Shown here in pieces: positions 57,642-64,000 of a stretch of DNA of 64,000 bases. Numbering within the stretch: position 1 is the first letter of the stretch; the number at the start of each line of letters is the position of its first letter. The stretch covers positions 1,304-65,303 of the forward strand of contig JAJYWO010000010.1 of NCBI GenBank assembly GCA_021791445.1, written 5' to 3'. The notes beneath the pieces are model-generated. The model was not told where the DNA came from, made no database searches, and was given only the letters and a program-made list of their open reading frames with translations. The position numbers and the translations under genes were made by a program. This DNA is from a bacterium. Lineage in GTDB: Bacteria; Patescibacteriota; Minisyncoccia; UBA6257; UBA9933.

Positions 57642-59153
57642 CTAATATCTTATTTTATTAATGAGAATATTGTAATTTTTTCCGTTGGTTTCAAAATCTG
57701 CAAACTGTATTTTGCCGTCTGGAGTGATGATGCCGGATTTTTCCATTTTGCCGTTGAAAACAATCGGCGTTTTCAGCCATACGGATTCAATTTTTCGCAA
57801 GTTTTCTGTTAAAGACAGATAATTTTTCAGGCCATATGTTATCCAGGCATTGCTGGTGGTGTGGAGAATAAAATTAGCGCCAATTTTTTTGAATTTTTGA
57901 ACATCGTAAGGGTAGTGGATTTCCAGGCAAATCAATGAGGCAAAGGTAAAATTTTCCGTTGCAAGGTTTTTTCGTTCGCCTTTGTTGTATAAATATTCTT
58001 TATTAAAAAGCGCGCTGTTGTCGGCAATGTTCGGCTGGATTTTTTTCGCCCATTTGTAATAAAACGGCTGCCAGTCGCCAAATGGCCAATATTCGCTGGC
58101 GATGGTAAGTCGGGATTTATTGCGGATATCCAAAATTTCGCCGTTTTGATTGAATAAAATCGCGGTATTGTATCTTTTTCCGTTTTGATAAGTCGTAAAA
58201 GTCGTTGTTAAATTGGTGTTCAATTCTTTTGCCAAATCGCGGTAGGATTGGATTAAAATTTTATCGTTTTCAACATTAAATTTATTTTTCGCTTCTTCAT
58301 CCGCGTTGCCCCAATCTTCAATATCAATCATATCTTCGGGTAAGGCCAAAAGATCTATTTCTTTACCTTTCAATTCTTTTTTAATTGGCGATAAAATTTC
58401 AGAGATTTCAGTTTTGATTTTTTCACGCTCAGCTTCATTGAGGGTATTATTAAAATTGGCGAATTTTTTATCAATTTCGGTGTTGATTGAAATCAGTGTC
58501 ACGGCCAGTTCATTTTTTTTATTTTGATAATCAAGGGAATTTTTTTGAAGCTGGGATTGTGAAATTCGCCAGCTCCCAAACAGGGCGATTATTATTAAAA
58601 TAACTAGAATGATAATCGTTATTTTTTTGTTTTTTTTAAAATTCTTACTGCTCTCATTAATGAGAGCAGTAAGAAAAGCGATTGCAGCGTTGATTGAAGT
58701 TGCGAATACGGTTAAAAAGATTAAACCGCCGAAGTTAGCGAGTCCCAAAAACGGCGAAGCGCCGAGGGTATTGCCTATAGAGAAAGCATTGAGTGGTAAA
58801 AATGAGAAGTGGTCTGCGAAAAGGTCAGCGAACGCGTAAAAAATCGGCAAAAAAACAAATTGTCCAATTCGTCCGACGTCCGACGTCGTACGATTTAAAA
58901 AAAATAAAGGAATCATTAAGGCTGTAAAAAGCAGAGCATGCAAGCCGAAGATAATCGGGTCAAAAGCGAAATAAAGAACTGCGGTCATTAAAATAATCCG
59001 GAAAACAAAAATTCCCGCGATAAACCGCCCAAAACTTTTCTCTTTGGCGATAAAAATAAAAAGCGGAATCAAAAAAACAAATCCCAGTGGCCAGAGATTA
59101 AGCGGTGGGAATGCAAAAATTCCTAAAATTGCGGAAAGGATTGATAATAGCAT
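57642..59153 (-). CDS. lnt: Apolipoprotein N-acyltransferase-like protein
   Basis: AFPP N-terminus, multi-TM, nitrilase-fold triad: LPED (E), NKSRL...SEYWP (K), ICLE (C). Confidence 0.8.
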   Translation of the reverse strand: MLLSILSAILGIFAFPPLNLWPLGFVFLIPLFIFIAKEKSFGRFIAGIFVFRIILMTAVLYFAFDPIIFGLHALLFTALMIPLFFLNRTTSDVGRIGQFVFLPIFYAFADLFADHFSFLPLNAFSIGNTLGASPFLGLANFGGLIFLTVFATSINAAIAFLTALINESSKNFKKNKKITIIILVILIIIALFGSWRISQSQLQKNSLDYQNKKNELAVTLISINTEIDKKFANFNNTLNEAEREKIKTEISEILSPIKKELKGKEIDLLALPEDMIDIEDWGNADEEAKNKFNVENDKILIQSYRDLAKELNTNLTTTFTTYQNGKRYNTAILFNQNGEILDIRNKSRLTIASEYWPFGDWQPFYYKWAKKIQPNIADNSALFNKEYLYNKGERKNLATENFTFASLICLEIHYPYDVQKFKKIGANFILHTTSNAWITYGLKNYLSLTENLRKIESVWLKTPIVFNGKMEKSGIITPDGKIQFADFETNGKNYNILINKIRY

Positions 59154-59204
59154 TTGTAAATTATAACATATAATATAACAAACAATTTTTATAAATTATA
59201 ATAA

Positions 59205-59640
59205 ATGAAAATCAAGTTAGATAAATTTTTCTTTTTGGGGATATATGTTTTATTAAGCGTTGTTGTTAATCAATAGATGAATTTTGCAGTATTTCCAGGT
59301 TTTCAAGAAAATAGTTCGGGAATATTGTGGTTTTGCGATTTTACGGGAATAATTATTGGCATCGGACTGATTTTAAGAAGCATGAAATTGGCAACTCTTA
59401 CTTTTACAATGTCTTTTTTTGCTCAATAAAATCGATTTTAATCTATGAATTTTTATTACTTACATCCTCTTTTTTTCTTACTTCGCCTGATGACAATATT
59501 AATTGTGTTTTTTATGGTTGTGACGACAAAAATCCGGGTGAAGGGTATTTGGGATATTTTATCTTACATTCTTTGATTTTTGGGCGGTAGTTTTTATTAT
59601 TAGTTTTATTTATTTAGAATAATTTTCTAAAAATTAAATT
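59205..59640 (+). pseudogene. Degraded multi-pass membrane protein gene
   Basis: MKIKLDKFFFLGIYVLLSVVVNQ*MNFAV...LWFCDFTGIIIGIGLILRS...AQ* in one frame; NINCVF segment in another frame. Confidence 0.55.
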
Positions 59641-59644
59641 GTTT

Positions 59645-59960
59645 TAGGTACCACACTTGGCGAGTTTGTTAATTGATATTCGGCCCAAAATTCATTTGGT
59701 GTTTTCCCTTTTAACCGCAATGTTCCAGGTTATTATAATATATATTTTATCTTTCCAATTTCGTTTTCAAGTCTGATAAATTCCTAAATCTGTTTTTCTG
59801 GTAGAATTTTTCCTCATCTTTATTGTGGCTCCGCTCGACGGTTTCGTTTTTGGCCGGCTTTCCTGGGTCAATCAGATAATGTTCAATGTTGTTTTTTGGC
59901 GCAAAACATATTCAGTGCGTGAAGCCGTCTCGGCGACAAATCTTTAAGAAGCATCCTATG
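59645..59960 (-). mobile_element. Transposase remnant (DDE integrase-core C-terminus, IS481-like)
   Basis: Across frameshifts: NNIEHYLIDPGKPAKNETVERSHN / DEEKFYQ...*NIYYNNLEHCG / KGKTPNEF. Confidence 0.7.
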
Positions 59961-60068
59961 AATTAACAGATGTTGCGCTTCAAAGTTGAATGTGCCCCAA
60001 ATAATCTTGACAAACAATATTAATAATGCTTAACTTTATAAATCAAATTTGAAAGGAGGGGTAAAATA

Positions 60069-60686
60069 ATGTTCTTTAAAAAAGATAAAAATTCAGTAAA
60101 TTTTATTGGAAGAATTTATTATTTTTTGCTTAAAAAAATATTTGTTGTTATTGAGAAAATTTGGCTTAAAGAAGTTGTGGGGGAATTCCCCTTAAATGGG
60201 GCGTTTATAATTGCAGCTAATCACGTCAGTTTTTTGGATTTTATGTTGCTTATGCGCGTGGCGGAACCACAGTTGCATTTTTTTATTAAAGGAAAATATT
60301 TCAATAAGTTTTATTGGAAATATTTTCTTAAAAAAATGGGACAGATTAATATTGAAAACGGCAACAATTTTTTAAAAAACACACTTAAAATAATAAAAAA
60401 CGGCGGCATAGTGGCTGTTTTTCCGGAAGGCACGCGGACGCGAACCGGAGAATTGGGTGAATTCTTGCCAGGGGTGGCAGCTATATCAATAACAACTCAC
60501 ACTCCCATTGTTCCAGTTGCTATAAAAAATATTTTTAATATTTGGCCATATTATCAAAAATGGCCGAAAATTAAAAAAGAAGCAGTTGTTGTTATTGGAG
60601 AACCGATTTTCCCCCCCAGAGACGCATTAATGTTAACGGGGAAAATAAAAGAAGAAATAGAAAAACTAATAGCTGCCGATGAATAA
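60069..60686 (+). CDS. plsC: 1-acyl-sn-glycerol-3-phosphate acyltransferase family protein
   Basis: ANHVSFLD, FPEGTR, PIVPV, IGEPI. Confidence 0.88.
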   Translation: MFFKKDKNSVNFIGRIYYFLLKKIFVVIEKIWLKEVVGEFPLNGAFIIAANHVSFLDFMLLMRVAEPQLHFFIKGKYFNKFYWKYFLKKMGQINIENGNNFLKNTLKIIKNGGIVAVFPEGTRTRTGELGEFLPGVAAISITTHTPIVPVAIKNIFNIWPYYQKWPKIKKEAVVVIGEPIFPPRDALMLTGKIKEEIEKLIAADE

Positions 60687-60744
60687 TCGGCAGCTATTAT
60701 TTGTTTTAAATAAAATTTTTAGTTAGAATAAGATATTATTACTT

Positions 60745-62112
60745 ATGAGTATGAAACTTACATTCTATGGCGGGGCGGGGATGGTAACCGGCTCTAATTA
60801 TCTATTAGAAAACGAAGCGGGGAAAATATTAATTGACTGCGGGCTTTTTCAGGGTTCGTCTTTTTGCGAAAATCTTAATTTTGAAAAATTTCCGTACAAG
60901 CCGGAAGAAATTGACGCGGTTTTCATAACCCACGCGCACATTGACCATATCGGCCGCTTGCCCAAACTTTATAAAAACGGATTTCGCGGCAAGATTTTTT
61001 CCACCGAACCGACGAAAAATTTCAGCGAAATTTCATTGATTGATTCTGAGGGGATTTTAAGCAAAGAAGCCGCTCAAAAAAACCATAGTCCGATTTATAC
61101 GACAGAAGATGTCAATGAAATGATGAGATTGTGGGAGGGCGTTAAGTATCATCAAAAAATTCACATTAAAGATTTTGAAATTGAATTTTTTGACGCCGGC
61201 CATATTCTCGGTTCGGCTTTTATTCTTATTAAAGACAAAAATACCGAAAAGAAAGTCGTTTTTTCCGGCGACCTCGGTAATGTTGCCACGCCAATTGTGA
61301 AAGATACCGAACCGTTGCCGGAAACGGATTATGTTTTGATTGAATCAACTTACGGTAATCGTTTGCACGAGGATTTGGAAATCAGAAAAGATATTCTTGA
61401 AGATGTGATTGAGGAAACAATGAAATTCGGCGGCACATTGATGATTCCGGCATTTGCCATGGAACGCACTCAAGACCTTTTGTATGAAATGAACGAACTT
61501 GTGGAGAACGGCCGCGTTCCGATTGCTCCGGTTTTCATTGACAGCCCGCTGGCAATCAAACTCACCGCTGTTTATAAAAAATATTCTCAGAACCCCGAAT
61601 ATTTTGACGGCGAAGCGCTGGCGTTGATGCGCAAGGGAGATTCCATTTTCGATTTTCCGAATCTGCGGCTGAGTTTAACAACCGAGCAGTCAAAAAAAAT
61701 AAACGAAATTAGGGGGCCGAAAGTGATTATCGCCGGCAGCGGAATGTCGCAGGGTGGCAGGATTTTACATCATGAAATGCGCTATTTATCCGACCCGAAA
61801 AGCGCGATTTTATTCATCGGCTATCAGACGCAGGGCTCTTTGGGCAGGCAGATTCTGGATGGAGCGAAAAGCGTGAAAATTTTCGGCGAGGACGTGGCAG
61901 TAAACTGCCGGGTTAAATCAATCAGCGGATATTCGGCGCACGCCGACCGGAAAAAATTAATGGAATGGCTCAGGCCGCAGAATGGAATTCTGAAAAAAGT
62001 TTTTGTGATGCAGGGCGAAGAAGACCAAGCCAAGCCGTTTGCCGATAAAGTAAGAGATGATATGGCGGTGGACACCGAGGTGCCTTTGATGAATGGGAGC
62101 GTTATGCTATAA
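60745..62112 (+). CDS. Metallo-beta-lactamase/beta-CASP ribonuclease
   Basis: VTGS, DCGLFQG, THAHIDH, AGHILGS, SGDLG, ESTYG, SGMSQGGR, YSAHAD. Confidence 0.92.
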   Translation: MSMKLTFYGGAGMVTGSNYLLENEAGKILIDCGLFQGSSFCENLNFEKFPYKPEEIDAVFITHAHIDHIGRLPKLYKNGFRGKIFSTEPTKNFSEISLIDSEGILSKEAAQKNHSPIYTTEDVNEMMRLWEGVKYHQKIHIKDFEIEFFDAGHILGSAFILIKDKNTEKKVVFSGDLGNVATPIVKDTEPLPETDYVLIESTYGNRLHEDLEIRKDILEDVIEETMKFGGTLMIPAFAMERTQDLLYEMNELVENGRVPIAPVFIDSPLAIKLTAVYKKYSQNPEYFDGEALALMRKGDSIFDFPNLRLSLTTEQSKKINEIRGPKVIIAGSGMSQGGRILHHEMRYLSDPKSAILFIGYQTQGSLGRQILDGAKSVKIFGEDVAVNCRVKSISGYSAHADRKKLMEWLRPQNGILKKVFVMQGEEDQAKPFADKVRDDMAVDTEVPLMNGSVML

Positions 62113-62120
62113 TTTTTAAA

Positions 62121-62720
62121 ATGAATACCAATATTTGCCATATCGATTATAAATATAAAATTTGCGTTTCCGGAGCTGCGGAAACCGGCCATTGCGGAGC
62201 GGATGCGTTTGCGTCAGCCGAAGAATTAGGCAGAGAAATTGTGCGGCATGATGCGGTTTTGGTTGATGGCGCCACCACCGGTTTTCCGTTTTGGACCGCC
62301 AAAGGCGTGAAAGAAGAGGGCGGGATTGTTATCGGCCTTTCGCCAGCGGCTACGGAAAAAGAGCATCTTAATTATTATCAATTGCCCACGGAATATCATG
62401 ATATGATAATTTATACCGGATTCAATTATTCCGGCCGCAATCTGCTTTTGGTGCGTTCGTCCGACGCCGTTATTTTCGGCTGCGGCAGAATGGGAACGCT
62501 GAATGAATTTACCATTACTTTTGAAGATAAAAAGCCGATTGGCATTTTACAGGGCGAATGGGAAACCGACGAACTGTTTAAAGAGTTGATTGAAAAATCT
62601 CATCGCGCCAAGGAAATGGAAGGGAAAATAGTTTTTGAATCTGACCCGAAAAAATTACTGGATAAATTGGTGGAAATAATCAAAAAAGAAAAAGAAAAAA
62701 ATGGATATAAACACCTCTGA
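62121..62720 (+). CDS. LOG/SLOG family protein
   Basis: VSGAA, GATTGFP, GLSPA, GRN, GRMGTLNEF. Confidence 0.8.
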   Translation: MNTNICHIDYKYKICVSGAAETGHCGADAFASAEELGREIVRHDAVLVDGATTGFPFWTAKGVKEEGGIVIGLSPAATEKEHLNYYQLPTEYHDMIIYTGFNYSGRNLLLVRSSDAVIFGCGRMGTLNEFTITFEDKKPIGILQGEWETDELFKELIEKSHRAKEMEGKIVFESDPKKLLDKLVEIIKKEKEKNGYKHL

Positions 62721-63135
62721 AATATTTTTAAGGCTGATTTTGGCGGTTTTCCTTGGCGGTTTAATCGGCTTGGAAAGGCAAATAGCGCATAAAACAGCCG
62801 GGTTGAGAACATTTTCTTTAATCAGTTTGAGCTCAGCGCTTTTGACGGTAGTGTCTCATTTATTGGGCGAGCAGTATGGGGCAAATTTTAATGTTGCTAT
62901 TTTGCCGACGCAGATTATTAGCGGTATCGGCTTTATCGGCGCCGGAATCATTATTTTCCACGGCCTTCAGCCAAAAGGCATTACTACGGCGGCCGGTTTG
63001 ATTGTTTCAGCGACTGTCGGAATCGCCGTTGGTTTCGGTTTTTACAGCATAGCGGTTTTCACCACATTGCTCACGCTTTTGATTTTCACGATAATGTGGT
63101 TTTTTGAAGTGAAATTTATCAGTAAAATAAAGTAG
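62701..63135 (+). CDS. MgtC/SapB family membrane protein
   Basis: IGLERQ, AGLRTF, QIISGIGFIGAG, GITTAA. Confidence 0.9.
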   Translation: MDINTSEIFLRLILAVFLGGLIGLERQIAHKTAGLRTFSLISLSSALLTVVSHLLGEQYGANFNVAILPTQIISGIGFIGAGIIIFHGLQPKGITTAAGLIVSATVGIAVGFGFYSIAVFTTLLTLLIFTIMWFFEVKFISKIK

Positions 63136-63215
63136 GCAATGGGAAAAATTTTCAGCCAATTTATTTATCCGGCATCGCTTGACAGATAAAAATTTGTATT
63201 ATTCGCGAATGCTAT

Positions 63216-63719
63216 ATGGAAAAGCGCAAACAATACGACAATAAAATAATTCTGCCGAGGACGGAAGAGCATGAATTGCCCAAAGGCAAGTTGGGATTGG
63301 TTTTTTGCGGCGATTGCAACGCGGTTTATTATAAAAAATCCTGGCATAACAATCTCCGCGATTATAAAAATTTTCGCGAAGATTTGCCGGTGAAATTTTC
63401 CGTTTGTCCGGCTTGCGCGATGATAAAAAATAAGCAATTTGAAGGAGAAATTATTATCAGCAATATTCCCGCAAATATCGAAGAAAGCTTAATTCATTTA
63501 ATTGAAACGTTCGGCCGGCGAGCTGAACAGAATGACGGCCAACACCGTGTTATTGCCGTTAAAAAAATTAAATCAGGATTGATTGTGACGACTACTGAAA
63601 ATCAGCTTGCCGTGAAAATCGCCAAAAAAATCAAAGATACTTTCAAGAAAGTGGAAATGAAAATTTCTTATTCTCCTAAACCCAGCGATGTGGTTTACGT
63701 CAAAATGGGTTTCAAATAA
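63216..63719 (+). CDS. Hypothetical zinc-binding protein (BCAM0308/NMD3-like)
   Basis: CGDCNAVY..KSW, CPAC, TTTENQLA. Confidence 0.7.
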   Translation: MEKRKQYDNKIILPRTEEHELPKGKLGLVFCGDCNAVYYKKSWHNNLRDYKNFREDLPVKFSVCPACAMIKNKQFEGEIIISNIPANIEESLIHLIETFGRRAEQNDGQHRVIAVKKIKSGLIVTTTENQLAVKIAKKIKDTFKKVEMKISYSPKPSDVVYVKMGFK

Positions 63720-63720
63720 C

Positions 63721-63795
63721 GTCCTCGTAGTTGAATGGATACAATGCTTCCCTCCGAAGGAGGCGGTACAGGTTCGATTCCTGTCGAGGACACCA
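63721..63795 (+). tRNA. tRNA-Arg(CCG)
   Basis: Acceptor GTCCTCG/CGAGGAC, anticodon arm CTTCC-CTCCGAA-GGAGG, T loop GGTTCGATTCC, encoded CCA. Confidence 0.95.
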
Positions 63796-63892
63796 TCTTA
63801 TTGAACAATTCTATGGAATTGTTCAATGACGTTAAGATTTATTATGGGGCTTGTTTTTTATTTTAACCTGTGTTAAATTTTATGAATTAAAT

Positions 63893-64000
63893 ATGGCTTT
63901 AACAGTCCGACAAAAACAGAATATCGCGAAAGAATACGGGCTTCACGAAACCGACACCGGTTCGGTTGAGATTCAAATCGCGTTCTTAACCAAGCAGATT
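63893..64000 (+). CDS. rpsO: 30S ribosomal protein S15 (partial)
   Basis: [36 protein letters not shown]. Confidence 0.92.
   Translation, partial: MALTVRQKQNIAKEYGLHETDTGSVEIQIAFLTKQI

Noticed and set aside
1-64000. Alternative genetic code (UGA=Gly)
   Set aside because: Conserved genes such as dnaN and copA end at TGA and long ORFs are intact under code 11

Overview
This 64-kb window looks like the replication-origin region of a Patescibacteria (CPR, Parcubacteria-like) chromosome using standard code 11. The taxonomic call is an inference from gene repertoire, the C-terminally short AlaS, the DUF5667 and baseplate-J-like proteins, and the AT-rich SD-less gene starts. From 1 to 41.6 kb it is mostly housekeeping: a partial S-layer-like gene, clpB, iscS, a split phosphomannomutase, folD, a frameshifted recA, ftsK, ruvC/ruvB, PBP1A, dnaN-dnaA, a PilB-like ATPase, comM, uvrD, gap, dnaG, rpoD, alaS and a Xer recombinase. 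An accessory region follows: a copper P1B-ATPase operon, then an AT-rich island (about 47.2-54.3 kb). The best candidate for an undescribed system is in that island: two radical SAM/SPASM enzymes (one with a C-terminal RRE-like domain), two small acidic Cys-rich peptides missing from the ORF track that share an FVxF leader motif, and three HExxH proteins. A triplicated promoter/boxA/hairpin/SD leader precedes both rSAM genes and one secreted-protein gene. Several families of palindromic and short tandem repeats are dispersed through the window, some inserted in-frame in core enzymes and one carrying outward-facing extended -10 boxes. Also present: two candidate structured RNAs, an IS481-like remnant, tRNA-Arg(CCG) and the start of rpsO. 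All calls come from reading motifs by eye; no searches were run.
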